A stretch of DNA of 64,000 nucleotides from Mycobacteriales bacterium (GCA_035476575.1 DATILL010000124.1:9039-73038), one strand, 5' to 3'; counted from the stretch's first letter, positions 32,931-44,495 are shown. The notes: generated from the sequence alone by a model not told the origin. Numbers and translations are program-made.

Positions 32931-33545
32931 TCACTCGGTCTCAACATCAACTGGGTCCCAGCCCTCCGTGTCAACGTACATCTCGTCGGTCACCTCCACG
33001 CCCTCAGCGGCCAGCTCAGCGCGGACCGCCTGGTACGCCATACCGGGCGAGTAGCCCTTTCGGACGAGCATCCCCACTGCACGACGCGTCCACACCCTCG
33101 TCTCCTGGCCCTGGTCGACCCCGGACCGGCGTCGTACCAGCGCCCGGGCCGTGGCCAGCTCAGCCTGCTCGTCCAGCCGGTCCAACGCCGTTGCGGCCGT
33201 CCCCGGATCCACCCCGCGGTGCCGAAGCTCCGTGGCCAGGGCTCGCCTGGCCAGCCCCTGCCCAGCATGGCGCGAGGCGACGAACGCCTCGGCGAACGCC
33301 CGGTCGTCGACCAGCCCAACCTCGGCGAACCGGGAGAGCACCCGGTCGACCGCCTCCTCCGGAACACCCCGCCGGGCCAGCGAGGTAGCCAGCTCGGCCC
33401 GGGTGCGAGCACGGCTGGCGAGCAACGTCAAGCAGATCTCGCGAGCCACCGACTCGGGGTCGCCCGATGAGTCCTCTGGATGGTCGGGCGGCTGCGGAGC
33501 CGGTGCACACCGGCCCCGCAGCGCGCCGGTCTCGTCGTACGCCAT
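32931..33545 (-). CDS. recX: Recombination regulator RecX
   Basis: ICLTLLASRARTRAELATSLARRGVPEEAVDRVLSRFAEVGLVDDRAFAEAFV shows RecX helical repeats. Lies immediately downstream of recA. Confidence 0.9.
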   Translation of the reverse strand: MAYDETGALRGRCAPAPQPPDHPEDSSGDPESVAREICLTLLASRARTRAELATSLARRGVPEEAVDRVLSRFAEVGLVDDRAFAEAFVASRHAGQGLARRALATELRHRGVDPGTAATALDRLDEQAELATARALVRRRSGVDQGQETRVWTRRAVGMLVRKGYSPGMAYQAVRAELAAEGVEVTDEMYVDTEGWDPVDVETE

Positions 33546-33559
33546 CGGGTGGGCTCGGA

Positions 33560-35662
<2,103 letters not shown>

Positions 35663-35704
35663 ATCTCCACCTCGTGGGGTCTGCGGTCTGCGGTAGTGCC
35701 CTGA

Positions 35705-35727
35705 ACGCTAGGCCGGACCACCGACAA
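35705..35727 (-). promoter_or_regulatory. RecA-NDp (PafBC-type) promoter motif upstream of recA
   Basis: The minus strand reads TTGTCGGTG-gtccggcc-TAGCGT, an exact fit to tTGTCRgtg-N8-TAnnnT, about 40 nt upstream of the recA ATG. Confidence 0.6.
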
Positions 35728-35780
35728 AAACTCGGTAGCGCGGCCAGCGGTGGAAAACCACGGCGGGTGTGGACAGGCTA

Positions 35781-35796
35781 CCGAACACCTGTTCGA
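35781..35796. promoter_or_regulatory. LexA operator (SOS box) upstream of recA
   Basis: CCGAAC-ACCT-GTTCGA, about 120 nt upstream of recA. Confidence 0.8.
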
Positions 35797-35814
35797 AGTT
35801 ATCGCGACACGCCG

Positions 35815-36009
35815 TCAGCGGCTTCGAGCCGGCACGTCAAAGGCCTCGCACACCGCCCACCAGACCACGCGGGCCGGCTCACCCGCCTCCAGCGCCTCCG
35901 TCACGGTCCGCCCGCCAAGCTGCGCCAGCACCTGGTCCTTGGCCAGCGACTCGGCGTACGCCGCGCCAAACTGTGCCCGCATCCGCTCCCAGAACTCGGT
36001 CAGTCGCAC
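35815..36009 (-). CDS. DUF3046 domain protein
   Basis: MRLTEFWERMRAQFGAAYAESLAKDQVLAQLGGRTVTEALEAGEPARVVWWAVCEAF is the conserved small protein found upstream of recA in actinobacteria. Confidence 0.85.
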   Translation of the reverse strand: MRLTEFWERMRAQFGAAYAESLAKDQVLAQLGGRTVTEALEAGEPARVVWWAVCEAFDVPARSR

Positions 36010-36087
36010 AGGCCAAGGCTAGTGCTCACCAGGACGCCGGTGTTCAACAGGCGGTGCTCACCAGGAGGCGGTGCTCACCCAGGAAAG

Positions 36088-36109
36088 TGTCGGCGGCCGG
36101 CGCTACGGT
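36088..36109 (+). promoter_or_regulatory. RecA-NDp-like motif upstream of the DinB-like gene (candidate, leaderless)
   Basis: TGTCGGCG-gccggcgc-TACGGT-tcgcggc-ATG. One mismatch in the upstream octamer, perfect TAnnnT, and 7 nt to the ATG. Confidence 0.35.
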
Positions 36110-36116
36110 TCGCGGC

Positions 36117-36686
36117 ATGGACGAGACGACGCTGGACGAGATCACGCTGTATGACGAGGCGCTGGACGAGACCGGCCGGCTGGTGGCCGCGGTCACGGCC
36201 GACCAGCTCAGCCGGCCGAGCCCGTGCACCGGGTGGGACCTGGGCCGGCTGCTGGCCCATCTGACGACGAGCCTCCGGCAGTTCACCCGACAGCTCGACG
36301 GGCTGCCGATGGACTTCCAGGCCGAGCCCGAGGTCGCCGCCGATCCGGTCGCGGCGTACCACGAGTCGGCCGCGGCGCTCCGCGCGGCCTGGCACCAGCC
36401 CGGTCGGCTGGAGTCGGAGATCACCATGTTCGGCCAGCCGACCCCGGCGGCGACGGTGCTGGCCTGGCAGCTCGCCGAGATCCTGCTGCACGGCTGGGAC
36501 GTGGCCCGGACCATCGGCCAGCAGCCGGGCTACGACGATGCGGCCGTCGCCGCGGCAGCCGGCTTCGTCACGCGGAACATGCCGACCGAGCGACCCCCTG
36601 GCTCAGGGTTCCAGCCGCCGACCGAGCCGCCCGCCGGTGCCTCTGCCCTGGACCAGCTCGCCGCGTTCAGCGGCCGGGTGGTATGA
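36117..36686 (+). CDS. TIGR03086-like / mycothiol-dependent maleylpyruvate isomerase N-terminal (DinB-like) domain protein
   Basis: MDETTLDEITLYDEALDETGRLVAAVTADQLSRPSPCTGWDLGRLLAHL...LHGWDVARTIG. Confidence 0.7.
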   Translation: MDETTLDEITLYDEALDETGRLVAAVTADQLSRPSPCTGWDLGRLLAHLTTSLRQFTRQLDGLPMDFQAEPEVAADPVAAYHESAAALRAAWHQPGRLESEITMFGQPTPAATVLAWQLAEILLHGWDVARTIGQQPGYDDAAVAAAAGFVTRNMPTERPPGSGFQPPTEPPAGASALDQLAAFSGRVV

Positions 36687-37038
36687 CCCGCCCGACGGGC
36701 GGGTCGTTCGGCCCGGGCAGGACGGGCAGCAGGCGGGTGCGGTCCGGCGACAGGCCAGGCCCGGGCGGTACGACGGCGTACGGGTAGCCGAGGCCGGGCT
36801 GGCCGTCGAGGTGTCCCGGCTGGGTCGTCGGGTGGGCGGCCCGGCGGGTCGAAAGGCCGACCCACCAGAGCGCGGCCGACCCACTGAACAGGGCGCCGAG
36901 GCCGGCCGCGGCCATGGCCGTGAGCCAGCCGGCCGCCCGGTCCGGCGACCTGCGGGCGACGTAGCCCAGGCAGCCGGCGGCAAGCAGGGTCAGGAGACAG
37001 ACGAACGCGATGCGGATGGCACGGGTCCGGTGGGGCAC
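36667..37038 (-). CDS. Hypothetical small membrane protein
   Basis: ORF 36667..37122 has two hydrophobic segments. Its first 28 codons run through a repeat unit, so GTG 37038 is proposed. Weak support. Confidence 0.3.
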   Translation of the reverse strand: MPHRTRAIRIAFVCLLTLLAAGCLGYVARRSPDRAAGWLTAMAAAGLGALFSGSAALWWVGLSTRRAAHPTTQPGHLDGQPGLGYPYAVVPPGPGLSPDRTRLLPVLPGPNDPPVGRVIPPGR

Positions 37039-37092
37039 TGGGTCATCGTGGCAGAGCGCAGCGTGACCGCGACCCCCGTCGCCCCGGAAATT

Positions 37093-37123
37093 GTGGTCAC
37101 CTCTCGGCGTTGTGGTGACCACA
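37093..37123. repeat. Palindromic 12-mer repeat, single unit (locus 2)
   Basis: GTGGTCACCTCT-CGGCGTT-GTGGTGACCACA, 22 nt upstream of the lhr promoter motif. Confidence 0.85.
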
Positions 37124-37144
37124 CGCGGGATCGGGCGGCGAAAC

Positions 37145-37166
37145 TGTCAGTGCCGGTGAGCAGACT
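37145..37166 (+). promoter_or_regulatory. RecA-NDp/PafBC-like promoter motif upstream of lhr (candidate, leaderless)
   Basis: TGTCAGTG-ccggtgag-CAGACT-ggaccg-GTG(37173). The octamer fits TGTCRGTG and the -10 has the conserved A2 and T6. Confidence 0.45.
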
Positions 37167-37172
37167 GGACCG

Positions 37173-40100
37173 GTGACCGGATCCCTGCCTGGCTTCTCCC
37201 CCACCACCGCCGCATGGTTCACCGCCGCCTTCGCCGGGCCCACCGCGGCTCAACGGGCAGCCTGGGCGGCGATCGGCCGCGGCGAGCACACCCTCGTCGT
37301 GGCGCCCACCGGATCGGGCAAGACGCTGGCCGCGTTCCTGTGGTCGCTGGACAGGCTGGCCGCCGAGCCACCCCCGGCCGATCCGGCCCGGCGGTGCCGG
37401 GTGCTCTACCTCAGCCCGATGAAGGCGCTCGCCGTCGACGTGGAGAAGAACCTGCGAGCCCCGCTGGCCGGCATCCGGCAGGCCGCCCGCCGGCTCGGCC
37501 TGCCCACGCCGGACATCCAGGTCGCGGTCCGGTCCGGTGACACTCCGGCGGACGAACGGCGCGGCCTCACCCGGCACCCGCCAGACGTGCTGATCACCAC
37601 CCCGGAGTCGCTGTTCCTGCTGCTGACCAGCGGTGCACGGGAGGTGCTGCGCGGGGTCGACACGGTGATCGTGGACGAGATCCACGCCGTGTGCGGCACC
37701 AAGCGGGGCGCCCACCTGGCCCTGTCCCTGGAGCGGCTGGACGCGCTGCTGCCCCGGCCGGCCCAGCGGGTCGGGCTGTCCGCGACGGTCCGGCCAGTGG
37801 CGGAGGTGGCCCGTTTCCTGGCCGGTGGACGGGTGGTGACAACCGTGCAGCCGCCGTCAGCGAAGACGGTGGAGCTGCGGATCGTGGTGCCGGTCGAGGA
37901 CATGTCCGCGCTGGGTGGTCCGACGCTGGGTGGGCCGGCCGGCGACCTGGACGGGGACGCCATCCCACAACGGCGGGCCTCGATCTGGCCGCACGTCGAG
38001 GAGCGGGTGCTGGACCTGATCGAGGAGCACCGCTCCACCATCGTGTTCGCCAACTCCCGTCGGCTGGCCGAGCGGCTCACCTCACGTCTCAACGAGCTGG
38101 CCTACGAACGGCGGCACGGCGAGGCGCTCGCGGCGGAGACTGTGCCGGCCCAGCTCATGGGCGGGTCCGGGTCCGGGCCGGGCGCACCGGCGGTCGTGGC
38201 CCGGACCCACCACGGCTCGATGTCGCGCGAGCAGCGGCTGTCGGTCGAGGAGGATCTCAAGGCTGGCCGGCTGCCCGCCGTGGTGGCCACCAGCAGCCTG
38301 GAGCTGGGCATCGACATGGGCGCGGTCGACCTGGTGGTGCAGGTGGAGTCGCCGCCGTCGGTGGCCGCCGGGTTGCAGCGGATCGGCCGGGCCGGGCATC
38401 AGGTCGGGGCCACCAGCCGGGGGGTGATCTTCCCGAAGTACCGCGGCGACCTGGTGGAGTCGGCGGTGGTGGCCGAGCGGATGCGGGCCGGTGCGATCGA
38501 GGCCATCCGGTACCCGCGCAACCCGCTGGACGTGCTGGCCCAGCAGGTCGTGGCCATGGTGGCGATGGACGGCTGGCGGGTCGCCGATCTGGCCGCGTTG
38601 GTCCGCCGGGCCGCGCCGTACGCCGAGCTGCCGGACAGCGCGCTGGACGCCGTGCTGGACATGTTGTCCGGCCGGTACCCGTCCGACGCGTTCGCCGAGC
38701 TGCGCCCGCGGCTGGTCTGGGACCGGGTCACCGGCCTGCTCTCGCCCCGGCCGGCGGCGCAGCGGCTGGCGGTCACCAGCGGCGGCACCATCCCGGACCG
38801 CGGGTTGTTCGGGGTCTACCTTGCCGGCACCGCGGAGGGCAGGCCGGTCCGGGTCGGTGAGCTGGACGAGGAGATGGTGTACGAGTCGCGGGTCGGCGAC
38901 GTGTTCCTGCTCGGCTCCAGCTCGTGGCGGATCGAGGACATCACGCACGACCGGGTGGTGGTCTCCCCGGCGCCCGGCGAGCCCGGCCGGATGCCGTTCT
39001 GGAAGGGCGACGCGCCGGGTCGGCCGGCCGAGCTGGGCCGGGCACTCGGCGCCTTCCTGCGCGAGCTGGCCGGGATGACCCCGGCCGCGGCCCGGGAACG
39101 GGCGCACGCGGCCGGGATGGACCCGCTGGCCGCCGACAACCTGGTCGCCTACCTGGCCGAGCAGCGCCAGGCCACCGGCCAGCTTCCGGACGACCGGACG
39201 CTGCTCGTAGAGCGGTTCCACGACGAGCTGGGCGACTGGCGGGTGGTGGTGCACTCGCCGTTCGGTGCCCCGGTGAACGCGCCGTGGGCGCTGGCCATCG
39301 CCACCCGGCTGCGCGAGCGGTACGGCGTGGACGCGCAGTCCATGCACTCCGACGACGGCATCGTGCTGCGGCTGCCGGAGACCGAGACGGTGCCGGATGC
39401 CGGGCTGGCCGTGTTCGACGCCGAGGAGGTGGCCGGGCTGGTCACCGACGGGGTGGCAACGTCGGCGCTGTTCGCGGCCCGGTTCCGGGAGTGCGCGGCG
39501 CGGGCGCTGCTGCTGCCCCGGCGCGACCCGCGGCGACGTACGCCCCTGTGGCAGCAGCGGCAGCGAGCCGCCCAGCTCCTCGCGGTGGCCGCGCAGTTTC
39601 CCAGCTTCCCGATCACCCTCGAGGCGATGCGCGAGTGCCTGCAGGACGTGTTCGACCTGCCCGGGCTGGTCGCGCTGATGAGCGACATCGCGGCCCGCCG
39701 GGTGCGGGTGGTGGAGGTGGAGACGCCGGAGCCGTCGCCGTTCGCCCGGTCGCTGCTCTTCGGCTACGTCGGGGCGTTCCTGTACGAGGGGGACGCGCCG
39801 CTGGCCGAACGCCGGGCGCAGGCGCTGGCGCTGGACTCGGCGCTGCTGGCCGAGCTGATGGGCCAGGCCGAGCTGCGAGAGCTGCTGGACCCGGCCGCGC
39901 TGGCCGAGGTCGAGGCCGAGCTGGCCTGGCTGACGGCGGAACGGCGGGTCACGACGCTGGACAGCCTGCACGACGCGCTGCGCATCCTCGGCGACCTGAC
40001 TACGGCGGAGGCGCTGGCCCGCGGCGCGAGCCCGCACCTTCTGGCCGAGCTGGAGGCGGGCCGCCGGGCGCTGCGGGTCCGGATCGCCGGGGAGCAGCGG

Positions 40101-41858
40101 TGGATCGCGATCGAGGACGCCGGCCGGGTCCGGGACGCGCTCGGGGTGGCGCTGCCGGTCGGTGTGCCGGAGGCGTTCACCGAGCCAGTGGCCGACCCGC
40201 TCGGCGACCTGGTCGGCCGGTATGCCCGCACCCACGGGCCGTTCCACCCAGCCGACTGCGCCCGCCGGCTCGGGCTCGGGCCGGCGGTGGTCGGCGACGT
40301 GCTGGCTCGGCTGGCCGCAGCCGGGCGGGTGGTGACGGGCGAGCTCCGGCCCGGCGGGTCCGGGCCTGAGTGGTGCGACGCGGAGGTGCTGCGGCGGCTC
40401 CGGCGGCGTTCGCTGGCCCGGCTGCGGCGCGAGGTGGAGCCGGTGCCGCCGGAGGTGCTGGCCCGGTTCCTGCCGGCCTGGCAGGGAGTGGCCGGGTCGG
40501 CGGGCCGGCCAGGCTCGGGGTCGGGTGGCCGGCGGTGGCGCGGGGTGGACGGCCTGCTGCGTGCGGTGGAGCAGTTGCAGGGGGCAGCGGTACCGGCCTC
40601 CGCGCTGGAGTCGCTGGTCCTGCCGGCCCGGGTGGCCGACTACGCACCGGCCCTGCTGGACGAGCTGACCGCGGCCGGCGAGGTGGTATGGGCCGGGGCC
40701 GGCGGGCTGCCCGGCAACGATGGCTGGGTGCTGCTGGCTCCGGCCGAGACCATGCCGCTGGTGCTGCCCGCGCCGGAGGAGATCACGCTGGCCCCGCTGC
40801 ACCAGGCGGTGCTGGCCGCGCTGGACGGCGACCAGGCGTACTTCTTCCGGTCGCTGTCGGACCGGGTGTACGCGGGGGCCAGCCCAGCCAGCCCAGCCAG
40901 CCCAGCCGGGCTGGGCATCGGTCCGCCGGACGACCAGGCGCTGGCCGGCGCGGTATGGGACCTGGTCTGGGGCGGGCTGGTCACCAACGACACGCTTGCG
41001 CCGCTGCGGGCCCGAATCGGCGCCGGCCGCACCACGCACCGGCGCCGGCCCGCCGCTCCCCGCGGCCGGTACGGCCCACCGCGACCCACGCTGCCGAGCC
41101 GGACGGGACCGTCGGCGATGGCCGGGCGGTGGTGGCGGCTGCCAGAACGGGAGGCGGACCCGACCCGGCGGGCGCACGCCCTGGCCGAGGTCCTGCTGGA
41201 CCGGCACGGCGTGGTCATCCGGGGCGCAGTGCTGGCCGAGCGTGCGCCGGGCGGCTTCGCTGGGGTGTACCCGGTGCTGCGGGCGTTCGAGGAGTCCGGC
41301 ACCTGCCGGCGCGGGTACTTCGTGGACGGGCTCGGCGCCGCGCAGTTCGCCTCGCCGGGCGCGGTGGACCGGCTGCGCGGGTACGCCGCCGACCGTCCCG
41401 AGGCCAGCCCAGCCGGTACCGGTCCGGCGCTGGTGCTGGCGGCGACCGACCCAGCCAACGCCTACGGCGCCGCGCTGCCCTGGCCGGACCGGCCGGCCGC
41501 CGCTCCCGAGCAGCCGTCCCCTATCCGCCCCACCAGTGGGCCGCCCGCCAGCCCAACCGCCAGTGGCGGGCACAAGCCGGGGCGCAAGGCCGGCGCGCTG
41601 GTCGTGCTGGTGGACGGTCGGCTGGTGCTCTATGTCGAACGCGGCGGCCGGAGCCTGCTGTCCTGGAGCGACGACCCGGACGTGCTCCAACCGGCGGCCG
41701 ACGCGCTCGCGCTGGCCGTGCGGGAGGGCAGCCTGGGCTCGATCGCGGTGCAGCGGGCGGACGGCGGCCCGGTGCTCGCCGAGACCGGTGTGCTGGCCGG
41801 TGCGCTGGCGGCGGCCGGGTTCCGGGCCACCCCGCGCGGCCTTCGGCTGCGCGGATGA
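37173..41858 (+). CDS. lhr: Lhr-family large ATP-dependent helicase
   Basis: 1561 aa. VVAPTGSGKTLAAF, DEIH, SAT, HHGSMSREQR and a large C-terminal extension, as in mycobacterial Lhr. Confidence 0.9.
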   Translation: MTGSLPGFSPTTAAWFTAAFAGPTAAQRAAWAAIGRGEHTLVVAPTGSGKTLAAFLWSLDRLAAEPPPADPARRCRVLYLSPMKALAVDVEKNLRAPLAGIRQAARRLGLPTPDIQVAVRSGDTPADERRGLTRHPPDVLITTPESLFLLLTSGAREVLRGVDTVIVDEIHAVCGTKRGAHLALSLERLDALLPRPAQRVGLSATVRPVAEVARFLAGGRVVTTVQPPSAKTVELRIVVPVEDMSALGGPTLGGPAGDLDGDAIPQRRASIWPHVEERVLDLIEEHRSTIVFANSRRLAERLTSRLNELAYERRHGEALAAETVPAQLMGGSGSGPGAPAVVARTHHGSMSREQRLSVEEDLKAGRLPAVVATSSLELGIDMGAVDLVVQVESPPSVAAGLQRIGRAGHQVGATSRGVIFPKYRGDLVESAVVAERMRAGAIEAIRYPRNPLDVLAQQVVAMVAMDGWRVADLAALVRRAAPYAELPDSALDAVLDMLSGRYPSDAFAELRPRLVWDRVTGLLSPRPAAQRLAVTSGGTIPDRGLFGVYLAGTAEGRPVRVGELDEEMVYESRVGDVFLLGSSSWRIEDITHDRVVVSPAPGEPGRMPFWKGDAPGRPAELGRALGAFLRELAGMTPAAARERAHAAGMDPLAADNLVAYLAEQRQATGQLPDDRTLLVERFHDELGDWRVVVHSPFGAPVNAPWALAIATRLRERYGVDAQSMHSDDGIVLRLPETETVPDAGLAVFDAEEVAGLVTDGVATSALFAARFRECAARALLLPRRDPRRRTPLWQQRQRAAQLLAVAAQFPSFPITLEAMRECLQDVFDLPGLVALMSDIAARRVRVVEVETPEPSPFARSLLFGYVGAFLYEGDAPLAERRAQALALDSALLAELMGQAELRELLDPAALAEVEAELAWLTAERRVTTLDSLHDALRILGDLTTAEALARGASPHLLAELEAGRRALRVRIAGEQRWIAIEDAGRVRDALGVALPVGVPEAFTEPVADPLGDLVGRYARTHGPFHPADCARRLGLGPAVVGDVLARLAAAGRVVTGELRPGGSGPEWCDAEVLRRLRRRSLARLRREVEPVPPEVLARFLPAWQGVAGSAGRPGSGSGGRRWRGVDGLLRAVEQLQGAAVPASALESLVLPARVADYAPALLDELTAAGEVVWAGAGGLPGNDGWVLLAPAETMPLVLPAPEEITLAPLHQAVLAALDGDQAYFFRSLSDRVYAGASPASPASPAGLGIGPPDDQALAGAVWDLVWGGLVTNDTLAPLRARIGAGRTTHRRRPAAPRGRYGPPRPTLPSRTGPSAMAGRWWRLPEREADPTRRAHALAEVLLDRHGVVIRGAVLAERAPGGFAGVYPVLRAFEESGTCRRGYFVDGLGAAQFASPGAVDRLRGYAADRPEASPAGTGPALVLAATDPANAYGAALPWPDRPAAAPEQPSPIRPTSGPPASPTASGGHKPGRKAGALVVLVDGRLVLYVERGGRSLLSWSDDPDVLQPAADALALAVREGSLGSIAVQRADGGPVLAETGVLAGALAAAGFRATPRGLRLRG

Positions 41859-41989
41859 CCCCACCGGGCGACGCACCGCCCGACGGCAGATGGCCCGTAC
41901 CGGTCCATTGGGTGAAACCAGTCCCTACCCGACGCGGGCGGAGCAGAATGCGGCCCAGTCATCGACCGACCTCACCAGTGGGGGATCCC

Positions 41990-43876
41990 ATGTCCGACAC
42001 CCCTCGCCGCGGCCGCGTGTCCGGGGCGTGGCGGCTCGCCATACCGGTGCTGGCGCTGGGCGCGATCGCCCTGGCGCCAATCGCCGGTGGCGCCGCCGCG
42101 CGCGGTGGCCCGGCTTCGGGCGCGGCCCCGCCGGCCGCGTCGGCCTGGACACCGCTGACCCCGGTGACCGTCTCGTACAGCCATTCGACGCAGCGCACCC
42201 GGGCGGTGCACCTGCTCTCGTTCAACGACCTCCACGGCAACATCGACCCGCCCACCGGCAGCGGCGGCCTGGTCGCCGGCAACCCGGCCGGCGGGGTGGA
42301 GTACCTCGCCACCACGGTCAAGACCCTGCGCCGGCAGGCCGCGGAGCAGGGCGCCGACTCGCTCACCGTCGCGGCCGGCGACCTGATCGGCGCGTCGCCG
42401 CTGATCAGCGCGGCGTTCCACGACGAGCCGACCATCGAGCTGATGAACGCGCTCGGCCTGGACATGAGCTCGGTGGGCAACCACGAGTTCGACGAGGGCG
42501 TGGCCGAGCTCACGCGGATCCAGCGCGGTGGCTGCCACCCGGTCGACGGCTGCCAGGACGGCGACCCGTACGCCGGCGCTGACTTCCCCTACCTGGCCGC
42601 GAACGTGGTGGACAAGCGGACCCACCTGCCGATCCTGCCGCCGTTCCAGGTCCGCACCGTCAACGGCGTCAAGGTCGGCTTCGTCGGCCTGACCCTCAAG
42701 GGCACCCCCACCATCGTCAACCCGGCCGGCGTCACCACCGTCGACTTCCTCGACGAGGTGAGGACGGCGAACTTCTACGCCGACCTGCTGACCCGGGTGT
42801 TCAAGGTCAGGTCGCTGGTGCTGCTGATCCACCAGGGCGGCTCCCAGGGCACCACCCCGCCGCCCACCGTGGACGGCTGCGCCGGCTTCGCCGGTGACAT
42901 CACCCCGATCGTGGCTGGGCTGCGGCCGGAGTACGGCGTCGTGGTGTCCGGCCATACGCACCGCTTCTACAGCTGCGCCCTGCCGAACTCCTCCGGGCAG
43001 AGCTCGGTGGTCACCAGCGCGGGCGCGTTCGGCGTGCTGGTCACCGACATCGCCGCCACGCTGGACCGCGGGACCGGCCGGTTCGCCACCATCAGCGCAC
43101 ACAACGTGATCGTCGAGAACGGCATCCGCAACCCCGACGGCACCTGGCAGAAGGACGCCAACGGCAACTTCGTCCGCAACCCGGACACGGTCGACCACGC
43201 CGCCAAGGCCATCGCCGACAAGTACCGGGCGAAGATCCTCCCGATCGCGAACCGGGTGGTCGGCACCATCACCGCCGACATTACCAACACCAACAACCCG
43301 GCCGGTGAGAGCGCCATGGGCGATGTGATCGCCGACGCCCAGCTCGCCTACACCGCAACCAGCGCGCAGGCGCAGATCGCGCTGATGAATCCCGGCGGCA
43401 TCCGCACCTCGCTGACCTACGCCAGCTCTCCCGGCGGCGAGGCGCCCGGCCAGGTCACCTACGGCGAGTGCTTCGCGGTCCAGCCGTTCAACAACCTGGT
43501 GGTCACCCAGACCTTCACCGGCGCGCAGCTCAAGAACGTGCTGGAGCAACAGTTCGCCGGCTTCGGCGGGCAGGGCACCACCCGGATCCTGCAGGTGTCG
43601 GCAAGCCTGACGTACTCCTACAACACGACGCTGCCGCTGGGCAGCCGGGTCTCCAACCTGGCCCTGAACGGCACCCCCATCGACCCGGCCGCCAGCTACC
43701 GGGTCACCACCAACGACTTCCTGGCCAACGGCGGTGACGGCTTCACCAACCTGACCGCCGGCACCAACCGGGTCACCGCACCGGGCTTCGACGTCGACGC
43801 GCTGACCGCATACCTGGGCAGCCCGGCACAGCCGGTCGCGCCAGGCCCGCAGAACCGGATCACCATGCTTGCCTGA
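41990..43876 (+). CDS. Secreted bifunctional metallophosphatase / 5'-nucleotidase
   Basis: Signal peptide, then LSFNDLHGN, AAGDLIGASP and GNHEFD metallophosphoesterase motifs, with a 5'-nucleotidase C-terminal domain. Confidence 0.85.
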   Translation: MSDTPRRGRVSGAWRLAIPVLALGAIALAPIAGGAAARGGPASGAAPPAASAWTPLTPVTVSYSHSTQRTRAVHLLSFNDLHGNIDPPTGSGGLVAGNPAGGVEYLATTVKTLRRQAAEQGADSLTVAAGDLIGASPLISAAFHDEPTIELMNALGLDMSSVGNHEFDEGVAELTRIQRGGCHPVDGCQDGDPYAGADFPYLAANVVDKRTHLPILPPFQVRTVNGVKVGFVGLTLKGTPTIVNPAGVTTVDFLDEVRTANFYADLLTRVFKVRSLVLLIHQGGSQGTTPPPTVDGCAGFAGDITPIVAGLRPEYGVVVSGHTHRFYSCALPNSSGQSSVVTSAGAFGVLVTDIAATLDRGTGRFATISAHNVIVENGIRNPDGTWQKDANGNFVRNPDTVDHAAKAIADKYRAKILPIANRVVGTITADITNTNNPAGESAMGDVIADAQLAYTATSAQAQIALMNPGGIRTSLTYASSPGGEAPGQVTYGECFAVQPFNNLVVTQTFTGAQLKNVLEQQFAGFGGQGTTRILQVSASLTYSYNTTLPLGSRVSNLALNGTPIDPAASYRVTTNDFLANGGDGFTNLTAGTNRVTAPGFDVDALTAYLGSPAQPVAPGPQNRITMLA

Positions 43877-43916
43877 CCCGCTGCTACACCGCACCGCCGT
43901 CACACCGCAACCATCG

Positions 43917-43965
43917 CCGAGCAGGTGCGGACCAAGGCACGTATCCCGGGTCCGCACCTGCTCGG
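43917..43965 (+). terminator. Stem-loop terminator candidate after the 5'-nucleotidase gene
   Basis: Perfect 17-bp inverted repeat CCGAGCAGGTGCGGACC / GGTCCGCACCTGCTCGG with a 15-nt loop, 40 nt after the stop. No clear U-tract. Confidence 0.55.
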
Positions 43966-43997
43966 AGCGAGAATTTCGCTCGACAGGACCCCCGCAC

Positions 43998-44495
43998 GTG
44001 GCCAGAGTCGCGTCCGTGGACCGACTCGCCGTACGCCCGCCGACCGCGGCCGAGCTGCCCGAGCTGCACCGGCTGCTGGCCCGGTCCTGGGGTGACGTCA
44101 CCCAGGTCGGACACGGCGAGACCTGGGACCTCACGGCGCTGCCCGCGGTGGTCGCCGTGGCCGGCGGGCGGATCGTCGGCGCGTTCACCATCCGGGAGTG
44201 GGGCCAGACCATGGAGCTCGGCTCGCTCGACGCGTTCGAGCCCCGGCGGGGGGTCGGCACCGCGCTGGTCACGTACGCCGTCGAGGAGGCCCGCCGCCGC
44301 GGCCGCACCCGGCTGCGGGCCACCACGACCAACGACAACACCGACGGGCTGCGGTTCTACCAGCGGCGCGGATTCCGGCTGGTCGCGCTGCGCCCGGGCG
44401 CGGTGGAGGAGTCCCGCCGGGTCAAGGACATCCCCGCGACCGGCCAGCACGGCATCGCGATCCGGGACGAGCTTGATCTGGAGCTGAGCCTGTGA
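43998..44495 (+). CDS. GNAT family N-acetyltransferase
   Basis: GTG at 43998. IVGAFTIREWGQTMELGSLDAFEPRRGVGTALVTYAVEEARRRG...RFYQRRGF. Confidence 0.75.
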   Translation: MARVASVDRLAVRPPTAAELPELHRLLARSWGDVTQVGHGETWDLTALPAVVAVAGGRIVGAFTIREWGQTMELGSLDAFEPRRGVGTALVTYAVEEARRRGRTRLRATTTNDNTDGLRFYQRRGFRLVALRPGAVEESRRVKDIPATGQHGIAIRDELDLELSL

